64,000 bases of DNA. Source: Halobacteriovoraceae bacterium (GTDB lineage: Bacteria > Bdellovibrionota > Bacteriovoracia > Bacteriovoracales > Bacteriovoracaceae). A model generated the notes under the pieces. It did not search any database. It had not been told where the DNA came from and was given only the letters and a program-made list of their open reading frames with translations. A program made the position numbers and the translations under genes. Location of the stretch: the NCBI GenBank assembly GCA_963719505.1, contig CAVRCF010000005.1, positions 1,022,369 through 1,086,368 on the forward strand, in the 5' to 3' direction. Below are positions 11,104 through 18,654 of the stretch, one piece after another. Each line of letters starts with the position of its first letter. Position 1 is the first letter of the stretch.

Positions 11104-12138
11104 ATGAATTTAAATCATTGGTCGTCTGATTATCGGGACTCTTTTAAAGACCATGCTGCTCTCGAATCATTTCTATCTTCCAAACTTGATGAAACAAAAT
11201 ATCCTATTTTAATTCCTCGAAACTTTGCACAGAAAATCAAAGAAAGCGGTATCGATTCACCTCTGGCAAAACAGTTTCTACCAAGCCGTGAAGAGGAAGA
11301 GGAACAAAGAGGTGGGCTCATTGATCCAATAGGTGATCAAAAATTTGAGCAGCAAGGTGGAATCATTCACCGGTATAAGAGTCGTATCCTCTACAGCCCT
11401 ACAACTGTTTGCCCTATAAATTGTCGCTACTGTTTTAGAAAAAATGAACTTTTTGAAGACCTCGATACTTTTAAAGCGTCCTTAGACCTTTTAAAGAAAT
11501 ACTTAGAAAACCATCATGATGTTGAAGAGGTTATTCTCACAGGAGGTGATCCCCTCATCCTATCCAATAGCAAACTGGAAAAAATATTTTCAGCGATTAC
11601 TCAGTTTCCTCACGTTAGATACGTAAGAATTCACTCTCGCACGCCTGTCATTCTTCCAAAGAGAATGGATACACAATTATATGATCTTCTGAAGCGATTC
11701 GAGAAAGTTTTGGACACCATCACTATCGCGATTCATATTAATCATGAAAGCGAGATCTCCGAAGATTTTGAAACCCATATTAAAGCGTTTCAATCTTTTA
11801 ATCTTTTATCTCAATCAGTCCTTTTAAAAGGTGTTAACGATAATAAAGAAGCTCTCGTCTCACTTTTCAAAAGAATAAATAAACTAAAAATAAAACCTTA
11901 CTATTTACATCACCCGGATCTTGTCAAAGGAGCAATGCATTTCTATCTTCCTCTTCGAGAGGGAAGAGAGATTTACGGAAGCCTCAGAGATGATCTTCCC
12001 GGTTGGCTAATCCCCCACTATATAATCGATTCAAGTCGTGGCACGGGAAAAAACTTGGCCTATAATAGCGAGAATCTAAACCCAAGTGGTCAAATCCTTG
12101 ATCGTTTTGGACAAGTTCATCCTCTTGATCTTAAATAA
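11104..12138 (+). CDS. epmB: Lysine 2,3-aminomutase-family radical SAM enzyme (EpmB/KamA-like)
   Basis: CPINCRYCFRK (CxxxCxxC) radical SAM cluster motif and GGDPLIL. The 344-aa length is typical of the EpmB (YjeK) branch rather than the longer KamA branch. Confidence 0.7.
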   Translation: MNLNHWSSDYRDSFKDHAALESFLSSKLDETKYPILIPRNFAQKIKESGIDSPLAKQFLPSREEEEEQRGGLIDPIGDQKFEQQGGIIHRYKSRILYSPTTVCPINCRYCFRKNELFEDLDTFKASLDLLKKYLENHHDVEEVILTGGDPLILSNSKLEKIFSAITQFPHVRYVRIHSRTPVILPKRMDTQLYDLLKRFEKVLDTITIAIHINHESEISEDFETHIKAFQSFNLLSQSVLLKGVNDNKEALVSLFKRINKLKIKPYYLHHPDLVKGAMHFYLPLREGREIYGSLRDDLPGWLIPHYIIDSSRGTGKNLAYNSENLNPSGQILDRFGQVHPLDLK

Positions 12139-12187
12139 AATTGGACTAAATCGCCTAGTGTAAAAAATCAGCACTTTAGGTTACAAT

Positions 12188-13522
12188 TTGTACATGAGCC
12201 AAACAATTTTAATTCATGACAATCAAGATTTAAGAAAGCTTTATTCAATAAATCTTAATACATATGCTGCAACTGATATTGTTGACAGGGGAAATGCGAA
12301 AGAGACCATTGAGCTTTTGGCGATTTTACCAACGATAAATCTCATTATTTCAAAAAATAATATTGGTAATGAAAATACCGCCGAAGATATTTATGACTAT
12401 CTCCAAGATAATAATCTAGATATCCCACTAATCGTTTTAGGCGAATGTCCGGAAATTTCTCACGACACCCTATGCTTAAAGTCACCTATTGACTGGGAGA
12501 TACTGGTAAAACATGCCAGTCAACTTTTAGGAATAACAGAAGAAGAAGTTAAGAAAAAGATTGTCCCCAACCACGTTCCCATAAAATTAACCTATTTTTA
12601 CGAGATAGATCACACTCCGTGTGAAATCTTTATTCGAATAAAGAAAGGTCCTGGCGAGTATGAATTTATCAAAAGACTCCATGCTCAGGATAACTTTGAT
12701 GCCTCAGACATCGATAAATATGAAGCACAGGGACTAACTGAACTCTATATTCCAAAAGATTATCAGCAGTACTTTGTTAATTTTGTGACAAATAATATTA
12801 TAAGAAAGCTTGAACTCTCTGACATTGGAATCCAAGACAGACTTAACGCAACCTCTTCGGGCTATGAGCTCGTTCGCGACAGAGCAGATGAGATCGGTAT
12901 AGACGAGAATATTCAAGAGCTCGCTCAACAAAGTATTCAGTCAATGATCAAGGCCATTCAAGAAAACACTAAACTCTCTAGCCTTCTGAAAATGCTTTTG
13001 TCCTCAAAAATTTCTTATGCCTATCAGCATGCTCACCTTGTTTGTGTTATCGGTAATTTTATTTTATCGAAACAACCTTGGTACGAACAAAAGCATCTTA
13101 ACATCTTCGCATCAGCAGCTTTTTTCTCCGATATAACTTTAAAGTCAATCGATCAGATTAGAGTTAACTCCAATGACGATCTTGCCATGGTCGAGCTAAC
13201 TGAAGAGCAAATACAAGAAGTTCATTCCCACGCAAATGATGCTGCAGAAATTATTATAGGGACCCCAATTTACAGTGAGTACCTGTATGCTGTCATCCAA
13301 CAGCACCAAGGAAGCCTAAATGGTCTGGGCCTGCCAGATGATCCTAGCGAGGATATTCACCCACTAGCGAAGGTCTTTGTCATAGCTGACTACTTCGTCA
13401 AACTTATGCTTGATCCTAAAGCTCCTAAAAATAAAAAAGATATTTTGACTATTATCTATGCTCGTTTTAACAACACGAGTTATCAGAAGATTATTAAGGT
13501 CTTAGAACTCAAAATAGACTAA
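12188..13522 (+). CDS. Receiver-like domain fused to a degenerate HD-type domain
   Basis: N-terminus ILIHDNQDLRKLY..LIISKNN..PLIVLGE resembles a receiver fold, but no clear phospho-Asp context was seen. The C-terminal helical domain has YQHAHLV and FFSDITL where HD/HD-GYP proteins have LHDIGK. ATG 12194 is an alternative start. Confidence 0.5.
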   Translation: MYMSQTILIHDNQDLRKLYSINLNTYAATDIVDRGNAKETIELLAILPTINLIISKNNIGNENTAEDIYDYLQDNNLDIPLIVLGECPEISHDTLCLKSPIDWEILVKHASQLLGITEEEVKKKIVPNHVPIKLTYFYEIDHTPCEIFIRIKKGPGEYEFIKRLHAQDNFDASDIDKYEAQGLTELYIPKDYQQYFVNFVTNNIIRKLELSDIGIQDRLNATSSGYELVRDRADEIGIDENIQELAQQSIQSMIKAIQENTKLSSLLKMLLSSKISYAYQHAHLVCVIGNFILSKQPWYEQKHLNIFASAAFFSDITLKSIDQIRVNSNDDLAMVELTEEQIQEVHSHANDAAEIIIGTPIYSEYLYAVIQQHQGSLNGLGLPDDPSEDIHPLAKVFVIADYFVKLMLDPKAPKNKKDILTIIYARFNNTSYQKIIKVLELKID

Positions 13523-13574
13523 TTTCTTTGATTGACATCTTTCTTCATTTTCACTATTTTAATTGAACGTTTAA

Positions 13575-13650
13575 GCGGTAGTAGCTCAGCTGGTAGAGCA
13601 TCTCGTTGCCATCGAGAAGGTCGTGAGTTCGAATCTCATCTACCGCTCCA
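13575..13650 (+). tRNA. tRNA-Gly (anticodon GCC), CCA encoded
   Basis: Cloverleaf folded by hand: acceptor GCGGTAG/CTACCGC, D arm GCTC-AGCTGGTA-GAGC, anticodon stem TCTCG/CGAGA with loop TTGCCAT, T arm GTGAG-TTCGAAT-CTCAT, discriminator T, then CCA. Confidence 0.93.
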
Positions 13651-13667
13651 TTTTATTTGATGATGTT

Positions 13668-13689
13668 GCTCCATTCGGGGCTTTTTTTA
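13668..13689 (+). terminator. Short hairpin plus T-run after the tRNA
   Basis: GCTCC-ATTC-GGGGC (one G-U pair) followed by TTTTTTT. Confidence 0.4.
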
Positions 13690-13815
13690 TTCTTTCTAAC
13701 TACTTACAAACATTAGAACTGTATACACTCAGTTTTTAAATCTTTCCGTTTATTTCTCCATCTTTCACTTAGTGCTTACCAAATGCTTACCAGTATTTTG
13801 AATTAGTAGCACCGT

Positions 13816-13896
13816 TAAGCACATGCTTGCATTTCGAGGCACAGTTTTTTGTAAACCACTAAAACCCTTAGCTTTTGTCTGTAAGCATATGCTTGC
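13816..13896 (+). promoter_or_regulatory. Two palindromic operator-like sites upstream of the tandem-HTH regulator
   Basis: TAAGCACATGCTTGC (13816-13830) and TAAGCATATGCTTGC (13882-13896; the core AAGCATATGCTT is a perfect palindrome), 66 bp apart. Also a direct repeat TGCTTACC-AAA-TGCTTACC at 13773-13791. Confidence 0.45.
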
Positions 13897-13944
13897 TTAA
13901 AAGAGCTACCACCACCTCACTTAAAATTCACAAGGAGAACAACT

Positions 13945-14580
13945 ATGAAAGAAATTACAGAAGTAATTAATCAAGACTATATTTCAAATAACGCAATCAT
14001 CTTAAAAAAAATGCGCCTGCTTAAAAGATTAAATCGCCAACAAGCCGGCCTACTATTCGACTTCTCATTCAAATATATTGAAAAGCTTGAAAATGGCAGA
14101 GGTGCGATTACACCTGAAAGATTTAGAGAGTTTCAAGAAAACTATGGCTTCTCTGACCGAGAAGTTGAAGATCTTAGGTCAGGAAAACTCGAGGCTCCAA
14201 CCGATGCTAATTGTATAAGAAGGACAATCTCAACTGACAAGAGACTTGATAAAAGGTTTCGGCACAAAAGAATTACACGTGAGTGCAAAGTTTTAAAAGA
14301 GCTAAGGCTTAGAATTAATCTAGACCAGTACTCCGCATCTAGTAGGTGTGGCGTTGGAAAAAATACTATAGGCTGGATTGAAAATGGCCGAGTCACCTTA
14401 ACAGATAAGAAGATCAGAACAATTGTAGAATCCTACGGCTTCACAATGGAGCTATTCAACCAACTCTTAAAAGTAAATCCCTTAAGGCATGAAATGATTG
14501 AGCAGTGTAGCGAGATCATTTCAAGCATGGATGAGAATAAGCTTAGGGTAATAATGCCGATGCTCCAAAGTATGAACTAA
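13945..14580 (+). CDS. Transcriptional regulator with two XRE-type HTH domains
   Basis: Two internal repeats of the pattern LK..R....L.Q......G.....I..IENGR..(I/L)T: LKKMRLLKRLNRQQAGLL..IEKLENGRGAIT and LKELRLRINLDQYSASSRCGVGKNTIGWIENGRVTLT. Confidence 0.7.
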   Translation: MKEITEVINQDYISNNAIILKKMRLLKRLNRQQAGLLFDFSFKYIEKLENGRGAITPERFREFQENYGFSDREVEDLRSGKLEAPTDANCIRRTISTDKRLDKRFRHKRITRECKVLKELRLRINLDQYSASSRCGVGKNTIGWIENGRVTLTDKKIRTIVESYGFTMELFNQLLKVNPLRHEMIEQCSEIISSMDENKLRVIMPMLQSMN

Positions 14581-14606
14581 TAATTAAACTAATAAAGGAA
14601 TAAAAT

Positions 14607-14756
14607 ATGAAATTGAATAATATCTTTAGAGTAGGCTTACAATTATCTGTAAGCTTAACTTTGAAACTTACAACCATTATGTCGTACTTATTCAGGCCAC
14701 TTCTCCATTTTTATTTAACTTGGGTAGTTCTTAACCTCATAAAGCTATATATTTAA
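14607..14756 (+). CDS. Possible 49-aa hydrophobic peptide (below the track cutoff)
   Basis: ATG 14607 preceded by AAAGGA. Translation MKLNNIFRVGLQLSVSLTLKLTTIMSYLFRPLLHFYLTWVVLNLIKLYI. There is no other support. Confidence 0.2.
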   Translation: MKLNNIFRVGLQLSVSLTLKLTTIMSYLFRPLLHFYLTWVVLNLIKLYI

Positions 14757-14819
14757 ATAAGTTTGTCTGCCGACTTGTCCACCAACACAATATCCCTTAG
14801 CCTATAGTTCGTATCTCCA

Positions 14820-15776
14820 TTATTTTCTATGAAAAGAAATAATTCTTACAGTCTCATTCCTCACAACAAATACTAATTTCCAATTTTTATTTAAATCGTC
14901 AGTAAGAATTATCTCTTGACGTGACTCATCACCATCTTTATTTGAATCTCTTTGTATCGTGCTAGGATAAAATTTGACAAACATTTTTACGACCTCTTTA
15001 AAACTAGGTCGGTCTTTCTCTTCATTTAATATCGATTTGTTTACATCCCATTCAAATTTAAACCTAACAAGCTCTCCCGGCATAATTTCTACCCTTTGAG
15101 ACAGATATCGATTTCCATCCAATAGCTCAACTCCAGTACCAATGATTTCTAAATAACCTAGAGCATCACATATAACTTGAGGGTGAAACTGGACAGTTGG
15201 AGAATTGTCAAAATCATGTGTATAAACGGATTCGTAAATTCTATTGTCAGTATTTTCAATTTGAATAAACGGCGGAACATACGGCATTATTCTATGGGCC
15301 GATGAGTTCCTAAAATCAGTGACGTGTTCGCTCAACCAAGTATGGTGCTTATTTAAAATCTCAACTAAACCATTGGGTAAAATTTCTTTAAAATCTTTCT
15401 TTTTAAATGATATGTCGAAGTGACTTTTATGATCAAAGTTATGTTCAAGTGCGTACACCCAAGCCAAATTATCAATCCCTCCGGAAATATTCATAAAAAA
15501 GAAGTTCAAAAGCACAGTTTGGTCAAAACGAACTCTTCTAGAAATTTCTTTGCCATCAATTTCTAGTTGAAATATTTCATAAAATCTTTCAACACATTCT
15601 TTTAAGTATAAAGTCCTCCGTGCCAATCCATGTTGTGAGTACTTTATAGCTTCTTTAGAAATTAGTTTATTATTTTTATTGATGTTTTTTATTAAAATAT
15701 CATCAAACTTTTCTATTACCTCTAAGTATTTAGTACAAATTTTATTCTGCGTTTCACGGTCATGTAAATAAGTCAT
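14820..15776 (-). CDS. HEPN-like (R-x4-H) domain fused to a C-terminal BrnT/DUF497-like toxin domain
   Basis: DFRNSSAHR (R156-x4-H161). The C-terminal 80 aa read FKFEWDVNKSILNEEKDRPSFKEVVKMF...WKLVFVVRNETVRIISFHRK, which parallels the BrnT hallmark FEWD-x-NK..N..KHG.SF.E...F ... (V/I)RIISAR(K)A. Confidence 0.6.
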   Translation of the reverse strand: MTYLHDRETQNKICTKYLEVIEKFDDILIKNINKNNKLISKEAIKYSQHGLARRTLYLKECVERFYEIFQLEIDGKEISRRVRFDQTVLLNFFFMNISGGIDNLAWVYALEHNFDHKSHFDISFKKKDFKEILPNGLVEILNKHHTWLSEHVTDFRNSSAHRIMPYVPPFIQIENTDNRIYESVYTHDFDNSPTVQFHPQVICDALGYLEIIGTGVELLDGNRYLSQRVEIMPGELVRFKFEWDVNKSILNEEKDRPSFKEVVKMFVKFYPSTIQRDSNKDGDESRQEIILTDDLNKNWKLVFVVRNETVRIISFHRK

Positions 15777-15787
15777 TTATAACTCCT

Positions 15788-17068
15788 TTAGTAGGATAAA
15801 AATAAGTCAGAATATTCAAGAGAATTAATTGCATCATAGATTATCCTCCACTCACCTCCACCCATATTTCGAGGAATTGTCTCTCCACTAGTATCAACAT
15901 ATAACAATCTAATCGTAGCACTCACAACTTTTTCATCTTCATCTGTTCTCTGGAAGTATACTTTAACATTTACATTTGTCGCAGCTGATGCTTGATCCTC
16001 AACACTTTCAATCTTATAATAATTAATAGTCTTACTTTTTAATTTTGCTCTAAGTTCTCCAGCGACTTTACTTATTTCCAATTTTTCTGAGCTAAAAGCA
16101 CTTTTTGTAAGACTCACTGCCTTTCCATAGTTGGCAGTGATTAAGTAATCTAAATACAAACCACAAGTATACTCAGGAGTACCAATCTCTAACTTGGAAC
16201 TGTCTATAGATTTAATCAGCTTTCTAGGTTTCCACTCTTTCATTGCACTCTTCTGCTGTTGTGTTTTGTATATTTGATTAATTAAGGTTTCCAAGGAATA
16301 TTTCTCTTCAATTTCTGGCTCATTATTAAGACTATGAGCCCAGTCACCTACAGCAAAAAGTAAACTCCAACACTTTGCTGCTAAGATTTTATTATCGTAA
16401 CCTAGGTCTCGGCCATGTAATATTCCATGCCGATAAGGCAAATATAAAGGATCGGCATTTGTCTTTTTTCTATTTTTAGTGAGTATCTTCTTTAAAGCTT
16501 TAAGGCCTTTCTCATGTCCCGAAATTGAATCATAGGAAGTCACATTAGATGAATCTGTATAGAGACCATTATTAGAAAGATCTGCCACCATTGCATCCGT
16601 CAAGCTTAGTAAAACTAAAACAACGGAGTAGTATCGACCCTCCAAATAATCTTTTAATATCTTATCAATAAGATTCATCCGAACCATATAACTCGGAATT
16701 GATTTCAAACGAGTTTTCAGAAATGTAATTTGTTCTTCTGTATAAAAATTTACTAATATATTTTCAGCTTCGTCTATATTTGATGAGTCTGCCTTATCAA
16801 CAGCAGCTTTCATAGTCTCATGGTTTAATGATTCATAGGCGATCCAACCTAGCTTAACAAAATGGTCATTAAATCGATCTGGCATTTGGATAAGCTCTTT
16901 AGCCAGTTTAAATTGTTTGGGTGCCTCTTTTGAAAGTCTTTCAATTAACTCTGCTTTAAATCCTAATTTACCTAATGCTTTCGCCCCCCAAATAAAGGGT
17001 TTGAGAATCTTCATTTGTTCTTCTAATTTTTTTAAAGATATATTCTCACTAATTTTTATTTCTTTCAT
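15788..17068 (-). CDS. Hypothetical 426-aa protein with a HEPN-like R-x4-H-G motif
   Basis: LPYRHGILHGRD (R213-x4-H218) sits in a helical context. The C-terminal ~150 aa are unassigned. The gene lies 11 bp upstream of the HEPN-BrnT-like gene on the same strand. Confidence 0.5.
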   Translation of the reverse strand: MKEIKISENISLKKLEEQMKILKPFIWGAKALGKLGFKAELIERLSKEAPKQFKLAKELIQMPDRFNDHFVKLGWIAYESLNHETMKAAVDKADSSNIDEAENILVNFYTEEQITFLKTRLKSIPSYMVRMNLIDKILKDYLEGRYYSVVLVLLSLTDAMVADLSNNGLYTDSSNVTSYDSISGHEKGLKALKKILTKNRKKTNADPLYLPYRHGILHGRDLGYDNKILAAKCWSLLFAVGDWAHSLNNEPEIEEKYSLETLINQIYKTQQQKSAMKEWKPRKLIKSIDSSKLEIGTPEYTCGLYLDYLITANYGKAVSLTKSAFSSEKLEISKVAGELRAKLKSKTINYYKIESVEDQASAATNVNVKVYFQRTDEDEKVVSATIRLLYVDTSGETIPRNMGGGEWRIIYDAINSLEYSDLFLSY

Positions 17069-17253
17069 AAATAATCCTTAATACTACTACGAATGATAGC
17101 TTCTCAAAGCATCTTTGGAAAGGACTCAAGGTAATGTTGTTAGCAAGTCAAGCCGTAAGCATAAAAGAATCACAACCATAAAGTGTTAAAGCTCCATTAT
17201 TCAATCTTATTTTTTTGAATATTCTTAAGTGTTACAGGTCTATCTTTTAAAAA

Positions 17254-17988
17254 TCAACTTAGCGTAGATCGTTGGTCATCATTTTTTGCTAAATCTCTTA
17301 GAAGAAAATAAGTAACTCTATTCATGAAGTATGCATTTGCAGGAAATGTTAAGCTGAATTGAACTTGTTTTTTCTTTAGTAAATCTGAATGAATTGTATA
17401 TTTCTGAGCTAAATCAAAAACGATGAAGTCATCATCTTCCTCATCTGTCATTCCCTGAAGTTCAGAAGGAGGTAGACTTAGTAATCTTGCTTTTTTATTT
17501 TGAAAAATCCCTGCTCTAGGATTAGGAGGACGAACACCTAGTAGCGATAAACTTTCGTCTTTTATTAGCTCTTCATATCTATACCCTGGGATAATGACTG
17601 AAAAAGCTTCTTGCTCTACAACACAGGTTTGGCTTAAAACAATCCAAAATGAAGTCATTAAACCAGATGCCTCCGTCGGAAAATCAGTATCTGATCTAAA
17701 AACATCCCCCTGCCTTACAAACTCAACAGGCCTAGAATACAAGTTTTCAGAAGATAACAACAATGATCTTTTTGTATGTTCTCCTAGTACTGACTCTATT
17801 TTAAAATTTCCGGTTGTAGGAGGATATTTTGGAATATAATCACGAAAAAAAATACCTGTTTTTGAGAAATATGACCTATTAAGATCAAAATATGATGCAT
17901 TAAAAGGGAATGACTCTAATTCATTGTGGGTTATTAAGTAGTCGTGATATTCGTCTAAGTCAGTAAACGTCCAGCTTGTATGGGTCAT
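17254..17988 (-). CDS. Hypothetical 244-aa protein in the toxin position of an Xre/DUF2384-type pair
   Basis: ORF 22 bp downstream of the HTH gene. No RES-type or other toxin motif was recognised. The acidic stretch MTDEEDDDF is notable. Confidence 0.45.
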   Translation of the reverse strand: MTHTSWTFTDLDEYHDYLITHNELESFPFNASYFDLNRSYFSKTGIFFRDYIPKYPPTTGNFKIESVLGEHTKRSLLLSSENLYSRPVEFVRQGDVFRSDTDFPTEASGLMTSFWIVLSQTCVVEQEAFSVIIPGYRYEELIKDESLSLLGVRPPNPRAGIFQNKKARLLSLPPSELQGMTDEEDDDFIVFDLAQKYTIHSDLLKKKQVQFSLTFPANAYFMNRVTYFLLRDLAKNDDQRSTLS

Positions 17989-18010
17989 ATTATATTAAGG
18001 CCTTAATTTT

Positions 18011-18457
18011 TTATTTAAATTTTGATACAACCGTCTTTATTACTGTAGATAATAATTTATTTTCAGGATTATCAACAATATGATCCAGTAGTGACAGATC
18101 TCCTTCATCACCAACAGGTTCATTTAATACATTCAAGATGTCACCATCGTTAATACCCTGCGAATAAATCTCCTCAACACAGCGATATAAACATTGAAGC
18201 CTACGAAATTTTGAAGGTACACTTGTTTGAGTAATCGTATATGCAGTCCAATTAGTTAAGGTTCTTTCTGACACCCCCAAAAGTGCAGCGATCATAGTTA
18301 CACGAACATTAAGTCGTTTTTCCAATATTGCAATTGCATCACTTCCTGTGACTTCAAAGTACTGATCTTCTTGCTCTAAATCTCTTGCTGCACCCATGAC
18401 ACTTCCTTGTATAGCAGGACTCTTTTTTACTAGTTCTGTGTGTTGTCCCATATTCAT
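18011..18457 (-). CDS. Xre-type HTH protein with a DUF2384-like C-terminal region (antitoxin-like)
   Basis: The likely start is ATG 18457 (AAGGAG 7 nt upstream); the track ORF extends to 18547. HTH segment VTMIAALLGVSERTLTNWT. C-terminal VLNEPVGDEGDLSLLDHIV resembles the Xre/MbcA/ParS toxin-binding region. Confidence 0.5.
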   Translation of the reverse strand: MNMGQHTELVKKSPAIQGSVMGAARDLEQEDQYFEVTGSDAIAILEKRLNVRVTMIAALLGVSERTLTNWTAYTITQTSVPSKFRRLQCLYRCVEEIYSQGINDGDILNVLNEPVGDEGDLSLLDHIVDNPENKLLSTVIKTVVSKFK

Positions 18458-18505
18458 TTTATACTCCTTAGTAGTATCGGTACATCTAGGCATAATTTTA
18501 CCACT

Positions 18506-18539
18506 TTTTCCGAAAAAAATCACCTTATTTTCCGAAAAA
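18506..18539 (-). promoter_or_regulatory. Direct repeat TTTTCCGAAAAA x2 upstream of the Xre-like gene
   Basis: Exact 12-mers at 18506-18517 and 18528-18539 (22-bp period), 50-80 bp upstream of ATG 18457. Confidence 0.4.
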
Positions 18540-18654
18540 CACATCATTTATTCATGCTGTCAGTACAAAACAAACATAAACTACTGATTTCTCGTGATCT
18601 TATCCGCCAGAACTATATCCAAAGCTAAAACCACCTGATCCTTCACCACCTACG

